A stretch of DNA of 28,787 nt from a virus (lineage: Duplodnaviria > Caudoviricetes), in IMG/VR virus record IMGVR_UViG_3300032291_000380, positions 1 through 28,787 of that record, one strand, 5' to 3'. The translations under genes and the position numbers were made by a program. Under the pieces are notes generated by a model. That model was given only the letters and a program-made list of their open reading frames with translations. It ran no database searches and was not told the DNA's origin. Of this stretch, positions 9,562 to 18,843 are shown in pieces (position 1 is the stretch's first letter; each line of letters opens with the position of its first letter).

Positions 9562-12500
9562 ATGGCTAAAGACCAGTGGGAAGTTGTATCACGAACCCCT
9601 ATACAGTCTTCTAAGTCACCTTGGGAAGTTGTATCTGTAACTCCAATTGGAGAAGAGGATAGGAAAAAGAAAGAAGAGGAAGAGCGCAAGAAGCAGGGCA
9701 TAGCATCTATTGTCCCTGTGGATACTTATGTTCCAAAGCCAGTTGCTCAACCTGTATTTCAGCCTGTTGTTCAGACTCCTCCCGCTCCACCAGTAGCACA
9801 ACCTACAGCCCAGCCTGTTGCCCCTCAATTTCCTAAACCTACCGATGAGTTTGCTCCTTTGGAGGAAGCTGGTAAAGGTCTAAAAGGAATGATTACGACT
9901 GGCTTCCCCATCATGGGAGAACAGTTGAAGTTGTCTGGTGGTGCTGAGTCATTGGACATGACCGCCAAGAAGTTGGCTTTGATGAATAAGATTGACAGCG
10001 GTGAAGTAACCGATGTCCGTCAGCTTCGCTCACAACCGGGCTTTAGTCCTGAGGTGGGTATGTACTTTGCCTCTAAGCAAGATGTTAGGGACAGGCTTAA
10101 AGGTTCTGTATCCAAAGGACTGGTAGAAAACAAACAGTTCATCACGGCTTCTATGGCCGCGCTTGAGAATTACAAGAAAGAAGCTGAGCAGTATCGTGGC
10201 AGGACTGATGAGTTCACTGACATTCGCATGGATTCTAATGTTGCCAAGGACTTCACCAACTGGTTAGCTAATAAGGCTGGTTCTGGTGCCGCTCAGTTAG
10301 GGCCATTGATGATAGCCGCCGCCACTGGTGGTACGCCTTTACTCTTTGCTATGGGTACTGGTATGGGTCTGTCCGAGGCGGTAGGTAATCGTATGCAGGC
10401 TATGGAGGAGAAGCTTAAAGGTCTTCCTCCAGAACAGCAGGCTCAAGCCATAGCTAAGTATCTTAACGAAACAGATGATGTCAGCATGGCTGTGGCTATT
10501 GCCTCTGGTTCTATGGATGCGTTCTTTGGTACTGCTGCTGGTCTAGTTAAGAATATTGCTAAGAGTGCGGCGCAGAACCAGACTAAGAAGCAGGCTATGA
10601 AAGAAGCCGTCAAAGATCTGCCTAAACAGATGAAGGAAGAGTTCTTAACTGGTGGTGCTCAAGAGGCAACTCAGATATCTGGCGAGAAAGTTCTTGGTGA
10701 GCAGAAGGATGTTCTCACTGGTAAGAACTTAAAGCGTTTGATTAATGCCGCTACTGCTGAAGCCGCTGGTGTGGTGGGTGGTGCTCCTATTAATGTAGGC
10801 TTAGCTGGTCTTCGCGCGCCTGGTGCGCCTGCGCCTGAGGTTAAGGAAAGGATTGAGCCTACCTTAGAGATGACTCAGCGTCCTGAGAAAGAGCTACTTC
10901 CTAAAGAACCTATTGTTCCTCTTGAGGATCGGGAAAAGAGCATAGCAATTCAGACTGCTCCTACGCAGACTACACCTACTGAAACTGTACCCCCAGTTGA
11001 GGTTAAGGCGGAAGAGCAACTGCCTCAGTTCCCAGATCAAGAACTGGACGATCTGATTGCCAAGTATGAGACTCCTGCTACCACAACTACACAAGTGCAG
11101 TCAACTGCCGAAACGCCTGCCGTTTTGCCTGCCGAAACTGCACCTGTTGCTCAGCCTTCCGAAGCTCCAACAGAAACACCGACTGCTCCTCCTAATTTAG
11201 TTGCACCGCCTGACTTCAAATTGAAGAAGGGTCGCAATGAGCAGGTAGCTTTGGCCGCTCGTAAGTTGGCTGATGGAGAAATTACCAAGGAAGAGTACGA
11301 CCAGTATGTAGATACCTACACGCCTATTGCCACCATTGGCATAGATAAGATGGAAGCTCCTTTAGAGGACGCTCCAATGCAGGAGATGTTGACTACCAAG
11401 TTAGGTAAGAACAACAAAGATCCTGCCAAAGTTAATGCTCCTATTGCCGATGGAACTCTTGTCGGTCTGCGTATGGACATTCCCGCTTTGGAGTGGGGTA
11501 AAGCCAATAATCAGAATGGTAGTGTGGTATCTATCCACAAACGTGCCGGCCTTGATGCCAAGAAGTCAGGGAAAAATATTAGCTACAAATCGGCTGGTGC
11601 TATCACTGATGTAAAGTTTGCTATTAGGGATGAAAATAAAGCTTTTGGTATTGCCCAGAATTTTGAAGGTGAAGAGGGGCAAAAGTCTCCAATGCAAACT
11701 GCTGAAGGTAAGTGGGTCAACATGACCCCTACCGAAGTGATGCAGAAGATTCAGCAGAACTTCAACAATCCTGAGTGGACTCAGGTGAGCTTAGATCCCT
11801 TGCGTCATTCGTTCTTCTATGACAGGGCTACCAAGCAACCAGTCATTTCAGCCGATGAGGTTCTGCAAGTAGGACGCTTTATGCTGGCTAAGAATGTGAA
11901 GACTGCTCCTCGTGAACAGTTCCTCTATAGCTTGGAAGCTCCACAGACTAAGACGCCAGAGTTCCAGAAGTTCTTTGGTGGCAGTCAGGTTACTGAAAAT
12001 GGTGAACCCAAGGTTGTGTATCACGGCACTGTTGTTCGTCCTGATACTGAGAATGTTAAGGGCATGGGTGACATCCTTGCATTTGACAGGCTGTTTACCA
12101 CGCAGTTCCGTGGCCCATCTATTGACACAGTTGGAAGCTGGTTCACCACTAACCCTGGCAAGGGTGGTGCTGAGATGTACTCAGGCACAGGTGAAGGCAG
12201 TGCAATCTATCCAGTCTATTTGTCTATCAAAAACCCTTACACCACGACATTCGAGACATTGTTAAGACGCGCTCGCATTCAAGAAAATGGCGTGGACGAT
12301 GGGCGTAAGATTGGTGCAAAAGAAGTTGAAGCTCTGCGTAGGTTCTTAAAAGAAACTGGCAGAGATGGCATTCATCTCAAGTCAGATCCAAGGGGCGGTG
12401 AGTTCCAGAATCAAGATGTCTGGATTCCATTAGAACCTACACAAATCAAATCAGCCACTGGTAATGTTGGCACATTTGACGAGACTAACCCTGACATTCG

Positions 12501-15500
12501 CTACAACATTAACGACTCTATTCTTGACTATGTTGAGGAAAATCAGAAGCGTTCACCTTCTTTAATCCGTGAGATTAAGACTCTTACCAATCAGCGTAAC
12601 GAAGGTAGGTTAACTGACCAAGAGTACCTTGATCGTGTCAATGCCGCTATTGAGGCAGACCAAGAAGCTAAAAACAAGAAGTTGATGAGGTCTGGTGACC
12701 GCATTCGTGGTGCTGACTTTATCCGTCAGAAACTATTAGAAGCTAAGCGCCGCGGCCAGTTGTCTCCTGAGGCAGTTGACATGGCTGAGTGGTTCATCCT
12801 TAAGAACCCTGCTCTAGTTGACGATCTAGCCATTGGTATCAAGACCCGTAGCGAGTTTGGTGTGGGCGGTATGTACTCCGCCTTGTCTCGTTTAATGATC
12901 CTCATGAAGAATGGTAGTAACGACAATACTATCGTTCACGAGATCTTGCACCACCTTGAGCGCATGATGCCTAAGGATATGCAGGATGCTATTCGTAAGG
13001 AGTGGGGCAAGGCATTACTCGCGGCAGAGAAGAAGGCTAAGACTCCAGCGGAGAAGCTGTTCTTTGCACTGCTGATGAACACCTACTTTGGTAGTAACAA
13101 GTTTGGTGATGTAGTTGTACCTCCAGAGTCCAAAGCTCTGTACGACAAGGTAAGTCGCTATCCCATACAGCCTTATGGTGTGAATACTTCTCCTATGGAA
13201 GTAGCACTTGATATGCTCAAGACTGGTGAAGCCTCTATGGACTTGTACCAGTACACGAATCCTTCAGAGTTCTGGGCTGTTCGGGCTTCGGACATCGTGG
13301 CTAAACGCTTCGACATGAAGGACTCTACTGTTAACCGCATTCGCCAGTGGCTCAGAGAGTTAGTACAAAAGATCAAAGGCTTCTTCGGTCTACGATCTGA
13401 CGCACCATTGATTAAAGCTTTGAATAGTCTGGCTAAGTCTGATGGTACTTTCCAGTCTAAGAACTTACTTAGTGAGGGTAGCAAGGCGTACTCTATCCAG
13501 AAGCAAACACCTGAGGAAGTTGGTCAGGATGTACTGGAAGACTTATTGGAGATGGGCAGAGTTCCTCCTGGCCCAGACCCTACTCTATTCCAACAAGCCA
13601 AAGATGCTGTGATCAACAACATCTCTAATCCTCGATTGACTGTTGAGTCAACCAAAGAAGCGGCTCGTAAGTTTGGCAATAAGTTTGAGAATGCCGCCTT
13701 TAGTTCTGATTCAGCTTTGAACAATGACATTGGTAAAGCCATTAAAGAAAGTGCCACTGATAACGCTGAGATGGTTGGTGCATTGCTTGAGACTAGCTTG
13801 AGCCAGACTGTCTGGTCTGATGCGGTAGCTAGTACCTTTATCAACTATGGCAACATCAAGTACAACAATGAGTTGCACAAGTGGGAAGCTGTAGACAGTG
13901 ATGCCAAGTTAATTACTATCTCTGAGCAGATTGGTGAGATTGCCACGAAGTATGGCATGACTCACGAGGAAGCCCAGTATGTAGCGCATACCGCCCTCGA
14001 AGCTAAGCGCACTGGTTCATTGAGCCAGTTCAATCAAGACCTTTCCAATCGTGCCAACTCTATTCGCGCGCAAGGTGGAGTTGATGTTGATGGTCTGCGT
14101 AACGCTGGCAAGAACGATGAAGCCGATGCCTTGGAGAAGAAGGTAGAAGCTGCGGCCAGAAAGATTCTTAGGGGTCGTAAGATAATTCATCTGACTGATG
14201 AAGAGATTGATATTGGTAATAACTTCTTCCGCAAAATTCCAGAACTTAAAAATATTGTTAAGACATGGAATGAGATGCGTGAGAACTCAGCCAAGGTCTT
14301 GGTTGATAGCGGTTTGTGGAGTGCGGAAGATGCTGACGAACTGCTGAGTAACATTGACTATGTGCCTTTCAATCGTGTCATGGATGAGAACGATGACACT
14401 GGTCGTCAGGAAGTATTGCGTGGTCTGATCGTTAGAGCTAGAGAGCCAAAGCTTACTGGTTCTTTGCGCCCTGTTAACGACATCTTTGACAACATGGCTA
14501 AGTGGACTCAGTACTCCATTGGTCGTGCTGTTCGTAACCGCTCTGCTCTAGCCCTGATTGATGCCGCTGTTGAGAATGACATGGCCGAGCAGGTCAGTGC
14601 TATGAACAAGGGTGAAAATGTTGTTCGTATCTGGCGTGAAGGTAAGGAAGAGTTCTATAGCATGGTTGATCCCATGTACATGGATGCTTTCAGAGGTCTG
14701 GAGTCTGTAGCTATTCCCGCTCTAAAGTGGTTTGCCAAACCTGCTGAAGTGGTGCGTAGTTCTATTGTGATGTTCCCACTATTCACATTGCTACAGTTAC
14801 CAGCCGACTCTTACGCGGCCATGTTTACATCTGGTCTAAGACCTAGATATGCTTTGTCTATTCCTGCTCGTGCGGTCAAAGAGTTTGCTCTTACTTTGGC
14901 TAACGCAAGCAATACCAATAAAGAACTGGCAAGGTTTGGTTCTGTTGGTGTAAAGGATTTCTCCTCCGCTGCCGCTCGTAAAGACATCGAGATCAGAGCA
15001 GGACTGCGTGGATCTCCTGGTATATGGAACTCAGTTAAGAATGGTCTGCACCACTTTGCTATGGCTGGTGATAACGCTGTGCGTCAGGCTACCTACGAGG
15101 CTACAATGGCTCAAGGTAAGAAGGATAAAAAAGATCCTATCCAAACTAGAGCCGAAGCTTTGGAAAAGTCTTTTGAGATTTGGAATGTTCGCCGCCGTGG
15201 TACTAGCAAGATTTTAGCTATAGCTGCTCAAGTTATTCCATTCTTTAATGCATACCTTGCGGCTCAGAACATTGCTTACAAAATGGCTACTGGTCGGGGT
15301 ATCTCTCCAAGTCAGCGTAAGAATGCTTATGCTGTATTGGCGGCTACGACTGGATCAATTATGGTTCTGTCTTTGATCTACACTATTTTGCTTGCCGATG
15401 ATCCAGACTACTTGAAGAAGCAGACTGTGGTTCGGGATCGTATGCTGATGATTCCTGGCACTGGTGGCTTGGGTATTCCTTTGCGCTCTGACTGGTACAC

Positions 15501-16329
15501 AATGCCAAAGATCCTGACCGAGCATTTGTATCTGTTAATCACAGAGAAGGGCTACGAGGATGCAAGGAAGTTCCGCACATCAATAGCTAATGCTTTAGCT
15601 AACTCCTTGCTCAGTCCTACTTTAATTCCTCAGGCGGTCAAAGCTCCGATTGAGGTTGGTATCAACTATGACTTCTTCCAAGGTCGCCCGATGGTAGGTG
15701 AGTTTGAGAAGAAGAAAGAAGTTGAGCGCCAGTTCAATGAGTCTACTTCTGAGTTAGCTAAGCTTTTATCTAAAATTCCCGTTAACTATAACTTTGAGCG
15801 TGGTCAGTGGCAGGGCTTATCACCTATAGCAATTGATCACCTTATCCGAGGAATGCTAGGCACTATGGGCGGTGCAGTTTCTTATGCATCCAACTTCTTT
15901 ATCAGTGATCCTGAAGTTGAAAGACCTAGACCTTCTTTGAGAGAAGCTTTGGCTACATTTCCTGGTGCTAGTGGTGTGTTTACCAAGGATCAGGAAGCTG
16001 GTCTGAAGAACGACTTCTATGTCTTGCGGGATGAGACATCCAAAGCAGCGGCCACCTTCTCTGACATTGAGAAGCGTAGCCCACAACAACTCAGAGAACT
16101 GGTCAAGGATAAGGACTTCATGGCAAGATACGCCTTGAGTAAGGATGTGGAAGGTATTGCTAGAGAACTTTCTGATATCAGAAGAGAGATTGCAGAGATT
16201 AGCAATCTTCCCAAAGACAAGATTAGTCGTGAAAGAAAAGAAGAGTTAATCAAGAAACTTAAGGAAGCTGAATCCAAAATTCTCAAAGCCATCAATGTTA
16301 AGAAGCTTAGAGAGCAAGCTAAACTTTGA
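9562..16329 (+). CDS. Large polyvalent internal virion protein (ART-PolyVal-like + HExxH metallopeptidase-like + LPD38-like C-terminus)
   Basis: 2255 aa. ART-like block ~11947-12504 (FQKFFGGS..GEPKVVYHGT..GSWFTTNP..IYPVYLSIKNP..DGI..PTQIKSATGNVGTFD..NPDIRY). HEILH at 12937-12951 with a downstream SEFWA. The C-terminal IPFFNAYL..D.DY...RD...IP..PIE..INYDFFQGRP..SP..IDHLIRG pattern is typical of LPD38-containing proteins. Confidence 0.8.
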   Translation: MAKDQWEVVSRTPIQSSKSPWEVVSVTPIGEEDRKKKEEEERKKQGIASIVPVDTYVPKPVAQPVFQPVVQTPPAPPVAQPTAQPVAPQFPKPTDEFAPLEEAGKGLKGMITTGFPIMGEQLKLSGGAESLDMTAKKLALMNKIDSGEVTDVRQLRSQPGFSPEVGMYFASKQDVRDRLKGSVSKGLVENKQFITASMAALENYKKEAEQYRGRTDEFTDIRMDSNVAKDFTNWLANKAGSGAAQLGPLMIAAATGGTPLLFAMGTGMGLSEAVGNRMQAMEEKLKGLPPEQQAQAIAKYLNETDDVSMAVAIASGSMDAFFGTAAGLVKNIAKSAAQNQTKKQAMKEAVKDLPKQMKEEFLTGGAQEATQISGEKVLGEQKDVLTGKNLKRLINAATAEAAGVVGGAPINVGLAGLRAPGAPAPEVKERIEPTLEMTQRPEKELLPKEPIVPLEDREKSIAIQTAPTQTTPTETVPPVEVKAEEQLPQFPDQELDDLIAKYETPATTTTQVQSTAETPAVLPAETAPVAQPSEAPTETPTAPPNLVAPPDFKLKKGRNEQVALAARKLADGEITKEEYDQYVDTYTPIATIGIDKMEAPLEDAPMQEMLTTKLGKNNKDPAKVNAPIADGTLVGLRMDIPALEWGKANNQNGSVVSIHKRAGLDAKKSGKNISYKSAGAITDVKFAIRDENKAFGIAQNFEGEEGQKSPMQTAEGKWVNMTPTEVMQKIQQNFNNPEWTQVSLDPLRHSFFYDRATKQPVISADEVLQVGRFMLAKNVKTAPREQFLYSLEAPQTKTPEFQKFFGGSQVTENGEPKVVYHGTVVRPDTENVKGMGDILAFDRLFTTQFRGPSIDTVGSWFTTNPGKGGAEMYSGTGEGSAIYPVYLSIKNPYTTTFETLLRRARIQENGVDDGRKIGAKEVEALRRFLKETGRDGIHLKSDPRGGEFQNQDVWIPLEPTQIKSATGNVGTFDETNPDIRYNINDSILDYVEENQKRSPSLIREIKTLTNQRNEGRLTDQEYLDRVNAAIEADQEAKNKKLMRSGDRIRGADFIRQKLLEAKRRGQLSPEAVDMAEWFILKNPALVDDLAIGIKTRSEFGVGGMYSALSRLMILMKNGSNDNTIVHEILHHLERMMPKDMQDAIRKEWGKALLAAEKKAKTPAEKLFFALLMNTYFGSNKFGDVVVPPESKALYDKVSRYPIQPYGVNTSPMEVALDMLKTGEASMDLYQYTNPSEFWAVRASDIVAKRFDMKDSTVNRIRQWLRELVQKIKGFFGLRSDAPLIKALNSLAKSDGTFQSKNLLSEGSKAYSIQKQTPEEVGQDVLEDLLEMGRVPPGPDPTLFQQAKDAVINNISNPRLTVESTKEAARKFGNKFENAAFSSDSALNNDIGKAIKESATDNAEMVGALLETSLSQTVWSDAVASTFINYGNIKYNNELHKWEAVDSDAKLITISEQIGEIATKYGMTHEEAQYVAHTALEAKRTGSLSQFNQDLSNRANSIRAQGGVDVDGLRNAGKNDEADALEKKVEAAARKILRGRKIIHLTDEEIDIGNNFFRKIPELKNIVKTWNEMRENSAKVLVDSGLWSAEDADELLSNIDYVPFNRVMDENDDTGRQEVLRGLIVRAREPKLTGSLRPVNDIFDNMAKWTQYSIGRAVRNRSALALIDAAVENDMAEQVSAMNKGENVVRIWREGKEEFYSMVDPMYMDAFRGLESVAIPALKWFAKPAEVVRSSIVMFPLFTLLQLPADSYAAMFTSGLRPRYALSIPARAVKEFALTLANASNTNKELARFGSVGVKDFSSAAARKDIEIRAGLRGSPGIWNSVKNGLHHFAMAGDNAVRQATYEATMAQGKKDKKDPIQTRAEALEKSFEIWNVRRRGTSKILAIAAQVIPFFNAYLAAQNIAYKMATGRGISPSQRKNAYAVLAATTGSIMVLSLIYTILLADDPDYLKKQTVVRDRMLMIPGTGGLGIPLRSDWYTMPKILTEHLYLLITEKGYEDARKFRTSIANALANSLLSPTLIPQAVKAPIEVGINYDFFQGRPMVGEFEKKKEVERQFNESTSELAKLLSKIPVNYNFERGQWQGLSPIAIDHLIRGMLGTMGGAVSYASNFFISDPEVERPRPSLREALATFPGASGVFTKDQEAGLKNDFYVLRDETSKAAATFSDIEKRSPQQLRELVKDKDFMARYALSKDVEGIARELSDIRREIAEISNLPKDKISRERKEELIKKLKEAESKILKAINVKKLREQAKL

Positions 16330-16349
16330 ATGAATAAACGTTTAGTAAT
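16330..16349. repeat. Left copy of a 20-bp inverted repeat ATGAATAAACGTTTAGTAAT
   Basis: Exact reverse complement of 22746-22765; contains the palindrome TAAACGTTTA. Confidence 0.9.
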
Positions 16350-16352
16350 GCA

Positions 16353-17189
16353 TTAGTCTCCGCAGAAGCAAGCGATGGTTTCACCTGACAGGTCAAACAT
16401 ATCGGTTTGCTTTGTGGAGTACTCAAGCATGGAGGCGTAGGTTGGTCTATCGATCCTAAACTTATTGGCATTACCATCTGTAAAAGTGGCAGCTAAAGTT
16501 TCCATTTTTGCCCACCAGATAGCCCGTTCAGGTTTCTCTTGGATTAAAGATTGGATCTGACCACTTGGTTTGAGATAGCATAAGTCGCAGTTCCCTGCCA
16601 AGGTTCTGCCATTAAATGTGGTTAGTTCTAATTTAAATGATTGGGTCGTCCAGAACGCCTCTATCTGCGCTATATCCACGCCATCCATAGCCAAGGGTGC
16701 GAGAGGCGTTTCAGCCTTCCTATCGGCTCTTAATTTGGCGGCGCGTCTTGGCTCGTCAGCCCTGATCCCAACCATAGCAGTCCACTCTTCCCAACCGATT
16801 GACTTAAGATACCTAGCCACCGCCCGAATTTTTAGCTCAGCAGTGCAGGATTTATTGATTGGGTTTGGAAGTTTCCCATAGTGTCGAATGACTTCCTCGA
16901 ATGGCTCACCATCTCTACTGGCTGTCTCGTAGGTAACCTTCTTGTATCTTTGGTCTGCATCCTCGTGAGATACATACTCAATCCAAGTCACAGGTACATT
17001 CCAGTTAACAGAGCAATCATTTATAAACTTCAGGGTCGCCTCTTCTTCTTTGCCAGTGTTGGCAAAACAGACAACAGCTTCAGGTGGTAGACCATTGTTC
17101 TCTTGTAGAACCCGCCACAGCATATAGGCGGATGTCCTACCGCCTGAGAAGCTGATCACTGTGGGTTCATCTATCTTGTAAGGACTCAT
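16353..17189 (-). CDS. PAPS reductase / PP-loop family protein with Cys clusters
   Basis: ISFSGGRTS PP-loop, FANTGKE, CTAELK, VGIRADE.RR, NCDLCYLK and C-terminal CFCGD. Confidence 0.85.
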   Translation of the reverse strand: MSPYKIDEPTVISFSGGRTSAYMLWRVLQENNGLPPEAVVCFANTGKEEEATLKFINDCSVNWNVPVTWIEYVSHEDADQRYKKVTYETASRDGEPFEEVIRHYGKLPNPINKSCTAELKIRAVARYLKSIGWEEWTAMVGIRADEPRRAAKLRADRKAETPLAPLAMDGVDIAQIEAFWTTQSFKLELTTFNGRTLAGNCDLCYLKPSGQIQSLIQEKPERAIWWAKMETLAATFTDGNANKFRIDRPTYASMLEYSTKQTDMFDLSGETIACFCGD

Positions 17190-17442
17190 CTAGAAGCCTT
17201 TCTATGGTAATTGCTAGGGCATCTAACTCATCCATCTTTTTAATTGACCACATCCGTTTCTGGCCATGCCATCCATTGAAACTTCCTTGGTGGCAGTCAG
17301 TACATAAAGCAACCACAGTGAATTGCTGATGTTGCTTTACATGGTGGGCGGCGCTAGGAGGAGGGGCATCACAGACAGAGCAGGGTAAACCCTTGACTCT
17401 ACCTATGTGCTCCCTTTGTTTGGTGGTTAGTTTATTGTTCAT
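17167..17442 (-). CDS. Ref-like / DUF968-like Zn-binding HNH nuclease
   Basis: CSVC...AHH...LCTDCHQG...GWHG pattern. Confidence 0.65.
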   Translation of the reverse strand: MNNKLTTKQREHIGRVKGLPCSVCDAPPPSAAHHVKQHQQFTVVALCTDCHQGSFNGWHGQKRMWSIKKMDELDALAITIERLLDESLQDR

Positions 17443-17660
17443 TTCTTACTTTTAAACTTATTCAGTTCAGCTTTAGCATCTAGCCAAGGCTGAATGTAGA
17501 CCATCCGCCTGTCATGGTTCTTGTTCCACTCGTTGATAGCTATGAAAGGATTGGGAGCTGCCTCCCACTCCCGCATCCAAATGACTTCCTGTTGGGCTAT
17601 CTCGCTTTGTGCGTTACTTACAACCTTCTCCAGTTGTTCGATCTGAGTTTTGCGGTTCAT
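17439..17660 (-). CDS. Hypothetical protein
   Basis: 73 aa with ATGA overlaps at both ends inside the leftward operon. Confidence 0.65.
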   Translation of the reverse strand: MNRKTQIEQLEKVVSNAQSEIAQQEVIWMREWEAAPNPFIAINEWNKNHDRRMVYIQPWLDAKAELNKFKSKK

Positions 17661-17851
17661 CTCTCCAACCTTTCCTTCATCATCTCTTCTGCCTGATCGT
17701 AGGAGACCTGGGCGTTGTGTCGGAGGTTTTCACCCCCCGACAAGCCCATCAAAGCAAACGCTGCGAAGAAGTCGAGGATAGTGATGTGCTCCAGTGGAAC
17801 TGGCTCCAACCTTACCAAGCTCTCAACCCCTTCAGCCTTTCGCTTTGCCAT
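17657..17851 (-). CDS. Conserved small phage hypothetical protein
   Basis: LDFFAAFALMGL...SYDQAEEMMKER resembles the widespread phage LRDxFAxxAMxG...AYxxADAM motif; AAGGAG SD. Confidence 0.7.
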   Translation of the reverse strand: MAKRKAEGVESLVRLEPVPLEHITILDFFAAFALMGLSGGENLRHNAQVSYDQAEEMMKERLER

Positions 17852-18155
17852 TCTTACTCTCCTTATTGATGTTCTGATTAACTATCATCTCAGTTAACTT
17901 GAACTCCAAGATCTCAGCAATGGTCGTGCCTTCTAAACTGATCTTGCTTGCCCAATCGTCTTCATTGATAAGAGCAATTGAATCACGCACACCTTTGTTA
18001 TAGCCACCATTGAACTGATCATCTCCTTCGATGATAAGGGTGATGGCATCACGCACCAGACCCGAAGCTTTGCGTTGACCTGCGGCCAGCTTAAGTTTGT
18101 CGTATACATCTCGCTTGAGGTGTACTGAATAGGGAACTAAACGGTTGTCTTCCAT
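17832..18155 (-). CDS. Putative ribbon-helix-helix DNA-binding protein
   Basis: N-terminal YSVHLKRDVYDKLKLAA..RKASGLVRDAI follows the RHH strand-helix-helix pattern; GGAG upstream. Confidence 0.5.
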   Translation of the reverse strand: MEDNRLVPYSVHLKRDVYDKLKLAAGQRKASGLVRDAITLIIEGDDQFNGGYNKGVRDSIALINEDDWASKISLEGTTIAEILEFKLTEMIVNQNINKESKNGKAKG

Positions 18156-18556
18156 GCTTGGAACTCCTGATTGATTATGCGTAGCTGACTAGCTGCCGCT
18201 TGGTTTTCTCTTAACTCTGCTCTTGATTGAATGTTTAACTCTTCTTTAAGCCAAGAAGTGGCGATATCTTCTGAGGCATCAAAGGTCTGGCCTGCCTCTA
18301 GTAGGAATCGTTGGAACATAGGATCACGGCACAGAATGCCTGCCATCCTAACCATGTCGCCAGAGTGTTCTTGTTCTCTGATCATGGGTCGCTCTTCGTT
18401 AGTTAGTCTCACCATTACCACCTGATATCTAGCACCCACGAAGTCCCGAAGAATCTCTTCAGGTACTTCGTCAGGATGCACAGAAAGGGTAAGGATGTAC
18501 CCAGTCCGGTCTTGTTTAAGGGCTACCTTCACGCCCTCGAACTTACTGATTTCCAT
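18137..18556 (-). CDS. Conserved phage hypothetical protein
   Basis: 139 aa, tightly packed in the operon; FEGVKVALKQDRTGYILTLSVHPDE and AGILCRDP.F motifs. Confidence 0.7.
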   Translation of the reverse strand: MEISKFEGVKVALKQDRTGYILTLSVHPDEVPEEILRDFVGARYQVVMVRLTNEERPMIREQEHSGDMVRMAGILCRDPMFQRFLLEAGQTFDASEDIATSWLKEELNIQSRAELRENQAAASQLRIINQEFQAWKTTV

Positions 18557-18558
18557 GA

Positions 18559-18843
18559 TCAGAAGGGGATGTCTGAGTCGTCTTCAGGTATGGCTTTCTG
18601 CTCTGGCTTCTTGTAGGTGCTAACCTTCAAGCTGAAGAACTTTCCATACTGACCTTCTTTAAGCCATGCTCCGAACTTAATGTTCACAGAGTCGCCATTG
18701 TTCTCGACGGCTTCTTTGATCATCTCTTTCAAGAGTGAGACATCGATGTCCAAGTTCCCATTGTAGTCAGGAGAGTTGGGGTTGATCTTGGGTTGCTTAG
18801 CCTTGCCGAGCATTCCTGCATTTGGGTATTTCGTAGCCATCAT
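18559..18843 (-). CDS. Single-stranded DNA-binding protein (small OB-fold type)
   Basis: PDY.G, AWLKE..GKFFSL and an acidic DDSDIPF C-terminal tail typical of SSBs; adjacent to ERF. Confidence 0.7.
   Translation of the reverse strand: MMATKYPNAGMLGKAKQPKINPNSPDYNGNLDIDVSLLKEMIKEAVENNGDSVNIKFGAWLKEGQYGKFFSLKVSTYKKPEQKAIPEDDSDIPF

Noticed and set aside
16330-16349. Identifying the 20-bp repeat as dif, parS or hix/gix
   Set aside because: It does not match those consensus sequences beyond being AT-rich and palindromic, so it is left unassigned.
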